Positions 20,354 to 30,729 of a DNA stretch of 64,000 nt are shown here, one piece after another; position 1 is the first letter of the stretch; the number at the start of each line of letters is the position of its first letter. A model generated the notes under the pieces. That model was not told where the DNA came from. It worked only from the letters and a program-made list of their open reading frames with translations, and did not search any database. Source of the DNA: Desulfosoma sp. (GTDB lineage: Bacteria > Desulfobacterota > Syntrophobacteria > Syntrophobacterales > DSM-9756); contig JBBFKW010000015.1 of assembly GCA_037481835.1 (NCBI GenBank), positions 1-64,000 on the forward strand, written 5' to 3'. A program made the translations under genes and the position numbers.

Positions 20354-21145
20354 ATGGAGCGACTGATCGGACTTCTCAAGGCCTACAAGGAAGGTTCGGC
20401 GGACCTGGACGACGTTCTCGCTTTTGTCCGCCGCTTGCCTTTTGAAAATTTGAATTTTGCCCGCGTGGACCATCACCGGAGCCTCAGGCGAGGCTATCCT
20501 GAAGTCGTTTACGGCGAGAACAAGGACGCCTCGCAGATTCTCAAAATTTTGCAAGCCATGGAAAAGACAGGGGCCCCGCTTCTGGTCACGCGCATCGACC
20601 GGGAAAAAGCCGATGAGATTTGCCGGGTCATGGGAGACCTCCAGTATGATTCCACGGCGCGGGTGCTTTACCGAAAGGGACCGGCTCGAGGGATTCCAGA
20701 GGATCAACGGCGTCCGGTCCAAGTGTTGTCGGCGGGGTCTTCCGACTTGGCCGTTGCGGAGGAAGCCGCTGTCACGGCGGAAGTCCTGGGGCAACGCGTG
20801 CAGCGGTTCTACGATGTGGGCGTCGCCGGCCTTCACCGCCTGCTGAATCTCCTGGACGAACTCCATCGGGCCGCCGCCTACGTCGTTGTGGCCGGCATGG
20901 AAGGGGCGCTTCCCAGTGTGGTGGCGGGCCTTGTGGCCCGGCCTGTCATCGCCGTTCCCACCAGCATCGGCTACGGAGCCTCCTTCAAGGGGCTTGCGTC
21001 TCTTTTGGGCATGCTAAACAGTTGTGCTCCCGGGGTGGCCGTGGTAAACATCGACAACGGTTTCGGGGCGGGCTATCTGGCGAGTATGATTGCCGATATG
21101 GCCAACGCCCCGCTCCAGGGCGGTTCCGGAGGTTCGGGAACGTGA
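20354..21145 (+). CDS. larB: Nickel-pincer cofactor biosynthesis protein LarB (PurE-like carboxylase)
   Basis: FARVDHHRSLRRGYPEVVYGENK, AGSSD, DVGVAGLHR, AGMEGALPS, PTSIGYG, NSCAPG, NIDNGFGA. Confidence 0.92.
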   Translation: MERLIGLLKAYKEGSADLDDVLAFVRRLPFENLNFARVDHHRSLRRGYPEVVYGENKDASQILKILQAMEKTGAPLLVTRIDREKADEICRVMGDLQYDSTARVLYRKGPARGIPEDQRRPVQVLSAGSSDLAVAEEAAVTAEVLGQRVQRFYDVGVAGLHRLLNLLDELHRAAAYVVVAGMEGALPSVVAGLVARPVIAVPTSIGYGASFKGLASLLGMLNSCAPGVAVVNIDNGFGAGYLASMIADMANAPLQGGSGGSGT

Positions 21146-21157
21146 CAAGGAGAAGAT

Positions 21158-21583
21158 ATGGCACGGGACTACCGACCCAATGTCAGGGAAATGTCCGTCA
21201 TCTCAAAGCTGGACCAAGCCAAGGAGATTCAGCGGGTGCGGGCCTTGCAGCTGCTTCGGGACCACGTGGATGAACTGAGCGGCCGCATCGCCATGAAATT
21301 GATCGAAAGCAAACTCGTGGAAACCACCAGCAAGACGGAATTGGAAGAACAGATCCATCGATGCCTGAGCACCCTGCTTACCGCTGAGGACTTCGAGGTG
21401 CAATACCAGGTGGCCAATATCCGAGACCTCGTGCCGCGCCCCCATTTCATCAGCCTGTACGTGACGGCTTATATCATCGAAAAACTCATCGATCACCGCT
21501 GTATCGTGGATATCTACGGCACAAACGAAGAAATCTACCGGTGCGTCAACGCCCAGGTGACGCGCCTGATCCCCCTGCAGTAG
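21158..21583 (+). CDS. Hypothetical protein (141 aa, helical)
   Basis: RBS AAGGAG, typical codon usage, directly downstream of larB; no motif recognised. Confidence 0.75.
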   Translation: MARDYRPNVREMSVISKLDQAKEIQRVRALQLLRDHVDELSGRIAMKLIESKLVETTSKTELEEQIHRCLSTLLTAEDFEVQYQVANIRDLVPRPHFISLYVTAYIIEKLIDHRCIVDIYGTNEEIYRCVNAQVTRLIPLQ

Positions 21584-21591
21584 GCCTTCCG

Positions 21592-22155
21592 TCAAAACCG
21601 CACGAGCCGGTCGCAGCGGCGCATCAGTTGTTCCATGCCGAGACGTTCTCGGGCCGAAAAGGCATCGGTTCCCAGGCTTACACCGTAATAGCCGTTCACC
21701 ACGCGTGTCGAAAAACCCTCGAGCCAATCCAGCAGGTTTTCCACGGAGCCGGCCTGGAGGTATAGGGAGACGTCGTTTATGAAGACGGCGGGAAATTTCG
21801 AAGCGTCCACTTGGGCCAAGAGAGACTCGATGCGTTTGGCGTTTTCCTCCGCAAGGCGCCGGCGTTCGTGGTCGGATGCGGCCTGGAGCCGTGGTGCCGC
21901 CACATCCGTGGAAAAACGGCGCACCCGGGGTGATTCGGGAATCGCCAACCGCCCCCCGATTCCCGGCCTAAAGGCCGGATGGGCGCTCCTTTGGGGAAGA
22001 CGCGGAGCCAGGTCGACGACGGCGACGGGTTCATTAAAACGCAAAAGGTAGGCTTGAAGGAGCCGGCCCATGTAGGTGGTCTTTCCCGTATTGACCTCTC
22101 CGACGATGAGGATGAACCGGTTCCGACAGTCTTCTGCGGTAAGCTCCTCGGTCAT
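21592..22155 (-). CDS. Small P-loop NTPase of unknown function
   Basis: Walker A ILIVGEVNTGKT and Walker B-like VFIND; start overlaps the ECF-T stop (TGATG). Confidence 0.75.
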   Translation of the reverse strand: MTEELTAEDCRNRFILIVGEVNTGKTTYMGRLLQAYLLRFNEPVAVVDLAPRLPQRSAHPAFRPGIGGRLAIPESPRVRRFSTDVAAPRLQAASDHERRRLAEENAKRIESLLAQVDASKFPAVFINDVSLYLQAGSVENLLDWLEGFSTRVVNGYYGVSLGTDAFSARERLGMEQLMRRCDRLVRF

Positions 22156-22859
22156 CACGGCCCTCGCCTTTCCCAGAACAAGAGTCCCGCAAAAGCCAGA
22201 ATCCCCAGGACGACCCAGACGAGGTCACGGAGTGTAAAGGGGTGCCGCTGAGGCTCGCTCTGGGCCGGTCGGCTGAATCCTCGGGATTCCATGGCCATGG
22301 CCAGGTTTTCTGCCAGCATGAAGGCCTGCACCAGCAAGGGCATGAGCAGGGCCGTCAATCGGGGAACGTTGGTCAGCCGCAATCGTACGTCAATGCCCCG
22401 TGCCGTCTGGGCGTCGTAGATGTTTCGGAGGGTGCGGCCCAGCAGGGGGACGTAGCGGAGCGCGGTGAGCAACATGAAAATCACGGGGTAAGGGACTTTC
22501 ATAGACCTTAAAGCGACGGCTAATTCCTCGGGGGTGAGGGTCTGGAAAAAGAGGACCGAAGCGGCGAAAAGGTTCACGAGCCGATGGGAAAGATCCGCGG
22601 CGATCTCAAGGCCGAAGGCAAGCAAGGAGATGACGAAGACCGTGCCCACCGTGGGCCAGATGAGGTGCAGAGAGGACCGTCGGATCTTTCCGCGACCGAA
22701 CGCCATGAGCCCTAAGGCGAGGAGGAGGCTTTCTCCGATGAGCGCCGGTCGGGTTCGGGTGAGCATGACCGCCGTGATGATGAGCACTCCCAGAAAGAGG
22801 CGCACTCTGGGATCCAGCCGGGCGCCGGGTCTCGGTGCTGGAACGGGTTCCCATTCCAT
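22155..22859 (-). CDS. ECF transporter transmembrane T component
   Basis: LDPRVRL start, hydrophobic helices, ALRYVP, AQTARG and AMESRGF motifs. Confidence 0.92.
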   Translation of the reverse strand: MEWEPVPAPRPGARLDPRVRLFLGVLIITAVMLTRTRPALIGESLLLALGLMAFGRGKIRRSSLHLIWPTVGTVFVISLLAFGLEIAADLSHRLVNLFAASVLFFQTLTPEELAVALRSMKVPYPVIFMLLTALRYVPLLGRTLRNIYDAQTARGIDVRLRLTNVPRLTALLMPLLVQAFMLAENLAMAMESRGFSRPAQSEPQRHPFTLRDLVWVVLGILAFAGLLFWERRGP

Positions 22860-24316
22860 CACGCGTCCTCCGCCGTCGGGACCATGGATCGATCCTCCAC
22901 GAGACGCCCCTGATCCAGCACGAGGCGACGGGAACACACGGCGCGGGCGAAATCCGTGTCGTGGGTGACCACCACGAGGGCGATCCCCCGGCTCCGGACG
23001 ATTCTGGGAAGGAGTTCCGCCAGTTCCCGTCGGAATCGACCGTCTTGGCCCGCCGTGGGCTCGTCCAGCACGAGAACCTGAGGGTTCATGGCAAGGACAG
23101 AGGCTACGGCGACTCGCTTCTTTTCTCCTTCGCTGAGGCGGTACGGGCTTTGTTTGGCCAACGGACGCAGGCCGAAGAGGTCAAAGAGGTGTTCGATCCA
23201 GTCCCGGTCCGCGGCAATCCCTTTTTTTTCCAGAAGCTTGGGCCCCGCCCACACTTCGTCTTCGACTCGGACTTTGAAAAACTGATCGTTGGGATTTTGA
23301 AAGCTCACCCCGATGTGTCGCACCCGCTTGGCCGGGGGCATCCCATGGATGTCTTCCCCGCACCAGAGGGCGGATCCGTGGTGGGGTTTGAGTAAGCCTC
23401 CGAGGATTTTGACGAGTGTGGTCTTGCCGGATCCGTTGGGGCCGGTGACGGCCACGCGTTCCCCCGCTTTGAGCGTAAACGATACTTTGTCCAGGACCGG
23501 CCGGCCATCGCGGCGGAAGGTGACGTTGGAGAGTTCCAGCAGGCTTTCCCGGGCGAAGGGAAAGGTGTCTTCCGTGGGCTGGGGATATCGGGGCACAAGG
23601 CCCGTCTCCTTGAGGGGCCGGAGTACCGCCTTCGGTGTGCCGTCGAAGGTCACGCGGCCGGATTCCATGACCAGACAGCGATCTGCATCGAGCAGGAAAT
23701 CATCCACCAGGTGTTCCGCCACGATGACGGTTGTGCCCGAACGATGCACGGCGGCCAACGCTTGTCTCAGGCGCCCCCGGTTGGGGGCGTCCAGGTGGGC
23801 GAAAGGTTCGTCCAGGGCGACAATGGGCGGTTTCAGGCACAAGGCCGAGGCGATTGCCGCCAGATGCTTTTCTCCCCCGGAAAGGTCGTGGGGCGCTCGA
23901 TAACGCAAGTGTTCGATACCGAAAAAGGAAAGGGTTTCCTGGATTGTTCGGCCGAATTGGGGTGCCGGGATGGGCGAACGTTCCAAGCCGAACAGGAGTT
24001 CCGCTTCGACGGTTCCGCAAAAGAGGTAAGCGTCCGTGTTTTGGAGCACCACGGCCACCTGTCGGCTCAAGACCGCCGGAGGCGTTTCGCTGACGAGGCG
24101 ATTGCACACCAAAGCGTCGCCGGAAAAATCCCCGCCGAAAAAATGAGGCACGAGCCCGTTGAAAAGGGAAATCAATGTGGATTTGCCGGACCCGTTGGGC
24201 CCGAAAATCACGACGTATTCCCCTTGCCGCACATCCAGGTCGATGCGGTCCAGCGCCCACGGGGCGATTCCATGGCGGCCCGGGTAACGATACGCCGCGT
24301 TTTTCAGATGGATCAC
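22859..24316 (-). CDS. ECF transporter ATPase with two fused ABC domains
   Basis: Two Walker A motifs (GPNGSGKS, GPNGSGKT), LSGGE / LSEGE signatures, LDEP twice; GTG start overlaps the thiW stop (GTGA). Confidence 0.92.
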   Translation of the reverse strand: MIHLKNAAYRYPGRHGIAPWALDRIDLDVRQGEYVVIFGPNGSGKSTLISLFNGLVPHFFGGDFSGDALVCNRLVSETPPAVLSRQVAVVLQNTDAYLFCGTVEAELLFGLERSPIPAPQFGRTIQETLSFFGIEHLRYRAPHDLSGGEKHLAAIASALCLKPPIVALDEPFAHLDAPNRGRLRQALAAVHRSGTTVIVAEHLVDDFLLDADRCLVMESGRVTFDGTPKAVLRPLKETGLVPRYPQPTEDTFPFARESLLELSNVTFRRDGRPVLDKVSFTLKAGERVAVTGPNGSGKTTLVKILGGLLKPHHGSALWCGEDIHGMPPAKRVRHIGVSFQNPNDQFFKVRVEDEVWAGPKLLEKKGIAADRDWIEHLFDLFGLRPLAKQSPYRLSEGEKKRVAVASVLAMNPQVLVLDEPTAGQDGRFRRELAELLPRIVRSRGIALVVVTHDTDFARAVCSRRLVLDQGRLVEDRSMVPTAEDA

Positions 24317-24795
24317 GGTTGCCAGAGGCCTCCCTTGCGCAGGAGGTGCAAGGCGGCCAATCCCAGCACGGTGCCTCCCAGGGTGCTGATGCTGAAGGCG
24401 GTCATGAGCGTCACCAAGGGAATGGTTTTCCCCATGAAGACGGGCGCGACGATCCACACGCTGACGAGCGCTCCCAGGACGCCCGTGCCCACAAGTTCTC
24501 CGGCGGCGGCGGCGTACATGTTCTTCGTGGCCTTGTAGGCCAGGCCGGCCAGGAGGGCTCCGATCATGCCCCCGGGAAAGGCCAGCAAGGTGCCCAGGCC
24601 CAACAGATTACGGATGACGGCCGCGACGGCGGCGACGGTGACGGCGTAACCCGGGCCGAGCATGACGGCGCTCATGACGTTGATCATGTGCTGGGCGGGA
24701 AAGCATTTGGCGATTCCCACCGGAATGAAAATGGGGGACAGGGCCACGGCGAGGGCCACAAAAATCACGGCTCTGGCGATCTGACGCGTCTGCAT
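24313..24795 (-). CDS. thiW: ECF S component, ThiW family (thiazole precursor)
   Basis: KCFPAQHMINV, RNLLGLGTLLAFPGGMIGA, GELVGTG are ThiW-family signatures. Confidence 0.85.
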   Translation of the reverse strand: MQTRQIARAVIFVALAVALSPIFIPVGIAKCFPAQHMINVMSAVMLGPGYAVTVAAVAAVIRNLLGLGTLLAFPGGMIGALLAGLAYKATKNMYAAAAGELVGTGVLGALVSVWIVAPVFMGKTIPLVTLMTAFSISTLGGTVLGLAALHLLRKGGLWQP

Positions 24796-25122
24796 GGTCC
24801 CACTCGGCGATGAGGTCAAAAAAGGAGCCGAACCCCCCGGCCACCCAGGTCCGGCGCTCTTTTCGCAGGCTCTTTTCTTATCATGGCGCCTGCGAAAGCG
24901 CAACGGAGCACTCCCCGTGGCTCTTTGACCGGTTTTCACCCGTGGAAAAAATGCGTGCTCCTCGCCCCCTGCCCCTCCAGCGGGCTGTGCGGGCCGGTTT
25001 GGTTGACAGGAGCCGGCACGGAGGCTATGGTGCTTTGCATCTTTTTGGAATGTTGAGGAAAAGGCCGAAGGCGCATCCCGCCGTCCGTGAAGGGGGGGCT
25101 TCGGTGTGAGGGAGCTGCATCA

Positions 25123-26385
25123 ATGGGCAAAAACATCGGGTTTGTGTCCACCAGGTTCGCCGGGACGGACGGCGTGTCCTTGGAGGCGGCCAAATGGGCC
25201 CAGATGCTTTGGGATCACCACCATGTCTCGTACTGGTTCGCGGGAGTCTTGGATCGCAATCCCGACGTGAGCGTTGTGGTGCCGGAAGCGTTTTTCGATC
25301 ATGAAGAAAATCTATGGATCAATCGCCATGTCTTCGGCGTTCAGAAACGCACGCCTTACATCACCGGCCGGATCCATGCCCTTCGGGAATACCTAAAGAT
25401 CAAGCTCTATGAATTCATCGCCAAGTTCGACATTCACATCTTGATCGTCCAAAACGCCGTCACGATTCCCATGCACGTCCCGCTGGGCTTGGCCATCACT
25501 GAACTCATCGCTGAATCGGGCATTCCGACGGTGGCCCATCATCACGACTTTTATTGGGAGCGGACCCGCTTTTCCGTGAACGCCGTCCAAGATTATCTGC
25601 AAATGGCGTTTCCACCCAAGTTGCCGAACATCCAGCATGTGGTCATCAATTCCATCGCCCAGGAAGCGCTGGCCCTTCGCACGGGGATTTCGTCCATCGT
25701 GATTCCCAATGTGTTGGATTTCGAGAGCGAACCATGCATCGATTGGGAATTCACAAAAAACTTTCGAGCGGAAATGGGCTTCCGGGAAGACGACATCCTG
25801 TTCCTGCAGCCGACGCGAGTGGTCCAGCGCAAGGGCATCGAGCATGCCATCGATCTTGTGCATGCCCTGGGGGATCCTCGCATCAAGCTCATCATTTCCC
25901 ATGCCGCAGGGGATGAGGGCATGGATTATTTCCAGTGGCTCCAGGATTATGCCGAGGAACATCATGTGGACATGCGCCTTATTTCCCACCATGTGAGCGA
26001 CAAGCGCGGCGTGAACGAGGACGGAACGAAACGCTATGCCTTGTGGGACGTGTATCCCCACTGCGATTTCGTCACGTATCCCAGCACCTACGAAGGATTC
26101 GGCAACGCTTTTCTGGAAGCCATCTACTTTCGGAAACCTTTGTTGGTGAACCGCTACGATGTCTTTGTGCGGGACATTGAGCCCCAAGGGTTCGACGTGG
26201 TGGTCATGGATGGGTACGTGTCGGAACGGGTCGTTCGGGAAGTGCGGGAAATCCTGGATTCCCCCGAACGGCGCCAACGCATGGTGGACCATAACTACGC
26301 CGTGGCTACGCGCCACTATTCCTACGCGGTGTTGCGGAGGCGGTTGGCGTTCTTGATTTCCAATTTCTTCGGCATTGAAATTTAG
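25123..26385 (+). CDS. GT4 glycosyltransferase, mannosylglucosylglycerate synthase (MggS)-like
   Basis: DGVSLE..KW, HHHDFYWER, VIPNV, LQPTRVVQRKGIE, YPSTYEGFGNAFLEA. Confidence 0.8.
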   Translation: MGKNIGFVSTRFAGTDGVSLEAAKWAQMLWDHHHVSYWFAGVLDRNPDVSVVVPEAFFDHEENLWINRHVFGVQKRTPYITGRIHALREYLKIKLYEFIAKFDIHILIVQNAVTIPMHVPLGLAITELIAESGIPTVAHHHDFYWERTRFSVNAVQDYLQMAFPPKLPNIQHVVINSIAQEALALRTGISSIVIPNVLDFESEPCIDWEFTKNFRAEMGFREDDILFLQPTRVVQRKGIEHAIDLVHALGDPRIKLIISHAAGDEGMDYFQWLQDYAEEHHVDMRLISHHVSDKRGVNEDGTKRYALWDVYPHCDFVTYPSTYEGFGNAFLEAIYFRKPLLVNRYDVFVRDIEPQGFDVVVMDGYVSERVVREVREILDSPERRQRMVDHNYAVATRHYSYAVLRRRLAFLISNFFGIEI

Positions 26386-26423
26386 CAGACCGCAATGCCG
26401 AGCGGCTTGAGGGAGGAAAGGGA

Positions 26424-27497
26424 ATGGTCGCGGTCATCATGGCCGGAGGGTCCGGGACTCGGTTTTGGCCCTTGAGCCGGGCGTCGTATCCCAAACAGTT
26501 CTTACGAATCATCGGTGGGACGCCCCTGCTTCGGGTGACCTACGAACGCCTTCGCCCCCTTTTTGCCGATGAGCGCATTTTGGTCGTCGTCGGTCGTGAG
26601 CATGAAGCCGAAACGCGGCGCATTCTTTCGGACACCCGGGTGACGGTGTTGGTGGAACCTTTCGGGAGAAACACGGCCCCATGTGTGGGGCTGGCCGCGC
26701 GGTACGCCGCGTGGAAGGGCATCCAGGATCCTTTGGTGATCCTTCCTGCGGATCATTACATTGCAGACGCCGAGGCTTTCCGCACGGCGCTGCAAAAGGC
26801 GGGAGCCTTGTGCGCCGAAGGGGGCATCGGGACCCTGGGAATCGTCCCCACGCGGCCCGAAACCGGCTACGGATACATCGAGGCCGATCAAGACAGCCAT
26901 TCGGGGGACGGGGCTTACGCCGTGGCGCGCTTTGTGGAAAAGCCGCCCCTGGAAACGGCCGCCGCCTATTTTCAAAGCGGTCGTCATTATTGGAACGCCG
27001 GCGTCTTCTTGGCCACACCGGAAACCCTGCTGCGGGAGTTTTCCCGGTACATGCCCGATTTCGCCGAGCGCCTCAAGGCCTTGGACGCCGCTTTCCATAC
27101 GCCGCGTTTCGGCGAAGTGCTGGAGTCGATCTACCGTGCTGTGGAAAACATCTCCTTCGACTATGCCATCATGGAAAAGACGACCGAGAAGGTCTTCGTC
27201 GTCCCGGTGGATTGCGGATGGAGCGACGTGGGCTCATGGCTCAGCCTTTACGAAGTCCGCCGCCGGGCCCACGGGATATCCGACGGCACCATCGTGGAAG
27301 GCGACGCCCAGGCCATCCGCTGCCGGGAATGCTTCGTTGTGGCCGAAGGCAAGAGATTCGTGGCGGTTCTGGGACTGGAGCGGGTCTTGGTCGTGGATAC
27401 CTCCGACGCTCTTCTTGTGGCCCATCTCGACAGCAGCCAAGAAGTTCGCACTATCGTCGACCATCTCAAGCGGCATGGACGAGAAGAACTCCTATAA
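26424..27497 (+). CDS. manC: Mannose-1-phosphate guanylyltransferase
   Basis: [55 protein letters not shown]; no C-terminal cupin domain. Confidence 0.93.
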   Translation: MVAVIMAGGSGTRFWPLSRASYPKQFLRIIGGTPLLRVTYERLRPLFADERILVVVGREHEAETRRILSDTRVTVLVEPFGRNTAPCVGLAARYAAWKGIQDPLVILPADHYIADAEAFRTALQKAGALCAEGGIGTLGIVPTRPETGYGYIEADQDSHSGDGAYAVARFVEKPPLETAAAYFQSGRHYWNAGVFLATPETLLREFSRYMPDFAERLKALDAAFHTPRFGEVLESIYRAVENISFDYAIMEKTTEKVFVVPVDCGWSDVGSWLSLYEVRRRAHGISDGTIVEGDAQAIRCRECFVVAEGKRFVAVLGLERVLVVDTSDALLVAHLDSSQEVRTIVDHLKRHGREELL

Positions 27498-28026
27498 GTT
27501 TTGCCCGTATTGCGGCGCCCCGCTGGCTCGGAACGCCAAGGGCCGCCCCCATTGCCCGGCGTGCGGGACGGTCTTTTACCGAAATCCCACCGTGGGGGTG
27601 GCCGTGGTGGTGCTGGAAGACCGTAAGGTTCTCTTGGTTCGCCGGCGGGGCAGTTATCGCGGAACATGGTGCATTCCCTGCGGGCATGTGGAATGGGGCG
27701 AGGAGGCTCGGGAAGCCGCCGCCAGGGAACTGGAAGAAGAGACGGGTTTGAAGGCCCACGTGGGGCCCGTCGTTGCGGTGCACTCCAATTTTCACGACCC
27801 CGAGAGGCTCACCGTCGGGATTTGGTTTCTCGGCCGGCGCACGGGCGGGTCTCTTCGGCCGGGATCCGATGCGGACGCCGTGGATTTCTTTTCCTTGGAC
27901 CGCCTACCCGAACCCCTGGCTTTCCCGACGGACGTTCGGGTGTGCCGCATGCTCCAAAAACGTGCCCGGGACGGAACTCTGGAGATGTGGATCCGGTGCC
28001 TGGATGACGAGCGCGCAGATCCGTAG
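27475..28026 (+). CDS. NUDIX hydrolase with N-terminal zinc ribbon
   Basis: FCPYCG..CPACG..YRNP, then Nudix box [23 protein letters not shown]. Confidence 0.9.
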   Translation: MDEKNSYKFCPYCGAPLARNAKGRPHCPACGTVFYRNPTVGVAVVVLEDRKVLLVRRRGSYRGTWCIPCGHVEWGEEAREAAARELEEETGLKAHVGPVVAVHSNFHDPERLTVGIWFLGRRTGGSLRPGSDADAVDFFSLDRLPEPLAFPTDVRVCRMLQKRARDGTLEMWIRCLDDERADP

Positions 28027-28109
28027 AGGGCATGTCTGGAGAAGGGGGCGCTTGCCTCGGGCGGGATCAAGGCGGTCAGGACGTCCCATGGGCATCGCAG
28101 AACAATCCC

Positions 28110-28141
28110 GTAGGTTGGGGTGAGCGCAGCGAACCCCAACG
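28110..28141 (+). repeat. GTAG-type REP-like palindrome, copy 2
   Basis: GTAGGTTGGGGTGAGCGCAGCGAACCCCAACG. Confidence 0.85.
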
Positions 28142-28253
28142 CTCTGAGACTCAGGGCCGGATGAGCGAGGCCGACCCCACCCCCTCCGACGGGCGTTCGC
28201 GGTCAAGGCGATGGTTTTGGCCAAACTTTACGCGCAGAAAGGATGACGCACCC

Positions 28254-29330
28254 ATGGAAACATGGCTTGTGACCGGGGGAGCCGGCTTTATCGGCAGCAA
28301 CTTCGTCCACTTGGTTCGCCGTCTGAAGCGGGCCCGGGTCATCAATCTGGACAAATTGACCTATGCCGGCCACCTGGAATCTTTGGAACCCTTGAAGGAC
28401 GACCCCGATCATCTTTTCGTCCGAGGGGATATCGGCAATGTGGAACTGGTTTTTTACCTCCTGAACACTTACGGGGTGACCACGGTGGTGAATTTTGCCG
28501 CCGAATCCCACGTGGACCGATCCATCGACGGGCCAGGGGACTTCGTCCAGACCAACATCGTGGGGACCTTTCGGCTCCTGGATGCGGCCCGCCATTACTG
28601 GAACGGACTGGACGGGGACGCCAAGGCCCGATTTCGGTTCCTGCACATTTCCACCGATGAAGTCTACGGATCCTTGGGCCCCGAAGGCTTTTTCACGGAA
28701 TCCACCCCCTACGCCCCAAATTCTCCTTATTCCGCCTCCAAGGCGGCGTCGGATCACCTGGTGCGGGCCTATCACGAAACCTACGGGCTGCCCACGCTGA
28801 CCACAAACTGCTCCAACAACTACGGGCCTTACCAGTATCCGGAAAAGCTCATTCCCTTGATGATTCTCAACGCCTTGGAAGGAAAACCCCTGCCCATCTA
28901 CGGAGACGGGCTCAATGTCCGGGATTGGCTCTACGTGGTGGACCATTGTGAAGCCATCCTGCGCGTGTTGGAGTCGGGCCGTGTGGGCGAAACCTACAAC
29001 ATCGGGGGGCATAACGAAAAAACCAACGTGGAAGTCGTTCGCACCCTGTGCCGCGTGCTCGAGGACTTGGCGCCGTCACGGGACAACCCGGCCATGCAGA
29101 CCACAGGGGCGCGATACGAGGACCTCATCACTTTCGTGCCGGACCGTCCCGGCCACGATCGGCGTTACGCCATCGACGCATCCAAGATCGCTCGGGAGTT
29201 GGGATGGCGCCCTCGAGAGACCTTCGATTCCGGGCTGCGCAAGACCGTCTCGTGGTATCTGGAAAACAGGGAATGGTGCCGCAAGGTGACCGAAGGGGTC
29301 TATGATCGAACCCGCTTGGGGAGAGCCTGA
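28254..29330 (+). CDS. rfbB: dTDP-glucose 4,6-dehydratase
   Basis: [53 protein letters not shown]. Confidence 0.95.
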   Translation: METWLVTGGAGFIGSNFVHLVRRLKRARVINLDKLTYAGHLESLEPLKDDPDHLFVRGDIGNVELVFYLLNTYGVTTVVNFAAESHVDRSIDGPGDFVQTNIVGTFRLLDAARHYWNGLDGDAKARFRFLHISTDEVYGSLGPEGFFTESTPYAPNSPYSASKAASDHLVRAYHETYGLPTLTTNCSNNYGPYQYPEKLIPLMILNALEGKPLPIYGDGLNVRDWLYVVDHCEAILRVLESGRVGETYNIGGHNEKTNVEVVRTLCRVLEDLAPSRDNPAMQTTGARYEDLITFVPDRPGHDRRYAIDASKIARELGWRPRETFDSGLRKTVSWYLENREWCRKVTEGVYDRTRLGRA

Positions 29331-29501
29331 TTTGAACGCCGGGGGTTCCTTGCGGTGCGGGCGTTCCCGCTGGGCACGGAGAAGTCGTCCCCATGTCGGG
29401 TGACGGCCTCCGGACGACATGCCGGAAAAACCCCGCGCCTCGGATCTTTTCGGACAAGCCCCTCGGCGCAGCCCGGGGGCGTTGAGTGATGGAGTCAGAC
29501 C

Positions 29502-30602
29502 ATGAACGCAATGAAGCCTGAACACATGAAGGCGTTGGTTTTGAGCGGCGGGTCGGGGACACGGCTTCGCCCCTTGACGTACACCGGCGCCAAGCAGTTG
29601 GTCCCGGTGGCCAACAAGCCCATCCTCTTTTACGTTTTGGAAAACATCGCCGCGGCGGGTATCCGGGATGTGGGCCTTGTGATCGCTCCCGAAACCGGCC
29701 AGGAAGTCATGGAGGCCGTTGGAAACGGCAGCCGCTGGGGCCTCAATGCCGAATACATCCTCCAGGAACGCCCCCTGGGTTTGGCGCACGCCGTGCTCAC
29801 GGCCAAGGACTACCTCAAGGCCTCCCCGTTTCTCATGTACCTCGGTGACAACCTCATCGGCTGCCGGGTACGCGCCGAAGTGGAAAGCTTCCTTCATGAT
29901 CCGTCGCTTTCCGCGGCGATTTTCCTAAAGACCGTTCCCAATCCCAGGGCCTTTGGCGTCGCGGTGGTCAACGGCGATGGGCAGGTGGTGGACCTGGTGG
30001 AAAAGCCGGCCGATCCCCCGTCCAACCTGGCTTTGGTCGGCATTTACCTCTTTCGGACGGAAATTTTTGAAGCCATCGGCAATATCCGCCCATCGGCCCG
30101 CGGGGAACTGGAAATTACCGACGCCATCTCCTGGCTCATCAAGAGCGGCCGTCGCGTCCACAGCCACATCATCCACACCTGGTGGCTGGACACCGGCAAG
30201 AAGGACGACCTCCTGCTGGCCAATGATACCGTCATGGACGATTGGCTGAAGACGCACATCGCGGGCACGGTGGATGCGCACAGCCAAGTGACGGGGCGCG
30301 TCCATATCGAAGACGGCGCCCAGTTGATCCGGTCCGTGGTGCGGGGCCCTGTGATCATCGGGGCTGGAGCCACCTTGGTGGAAGCGACCATCGGGCCCTT
30401 TACGGCCATCGGCCCGGGGGTGCTCATCGAGCGGTCCACCGTGGACCATTCGGTCATCATGGAAGGGTGCCACATTCGCGATATCGCACGGCTGGAAAAC
30501 TCGGTTTTGGGACGCCGCGTCAAGGTCTGCCCCACGTCCACACCGCACGGTGCCATCAGCCTCATGGTGGGCGACGACTGCGTTATTGAAGTGAGGCGGT
30601 GA
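29502..30602 (+). CDS. rfbA: Glucose-1-phosphate thymidylyltransferase, long form
   Basis: LSGGSGTRLRPLT..KQL, GLAHA, YLGDN, EKP, RGELEITD, WLDTG plus a C-terminal hexapeptide-repeat region. Confidence 0.9.
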   Translation: MNAMKPEHMKALVLSGGSGTRLRPLTYTGAKQLVPVANKPILFYVLENIAAAGIRDVGLVIAPETGQEVMEAVGNGSRWGLNAEYILQERPLGLAHAVLTAKDYLKASPFLMYLGDNLIGCRVRAEVESFLHDPSLSAAIFLKTVPNPRAFGVAVVNGDGQVVDLVEKPADPPSNLALVGIYLFRTEIFEAIGNIRPSARGELEITDAISWLIKSGRRVHSHIIHTWWLDTGKKDDLLLANDTVMDDWLKTHIAGTVDAHSQVTGRVHIEDGAQLIRSVVRGPVIIGAGATLVEATIGPFTAIGPGVLIERSTVDHSVIMEGCHIRDIARLENSVLGRRVKVCPTSTPHGAISLMVGDDCVIEVRR

Positions 30603-30729
30603 AATTTCTCCGGCGGATATTCATTGACGAGGAGGCCGCGGCTTTGCTAGAAAAACGGCAAATACGCCCGGAGCCGAACGGCACGGAGCCACGGAAGGTT
30701 GGGAAGCCCGGTTCAGGAAGGAGGCCGTC

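Noticed and set aside
28254..30602. rfbB-rfbA without rfbC/rfbD
   Set aside because: Split rml loci are common and the other genes may lie elsewhere in the genome.
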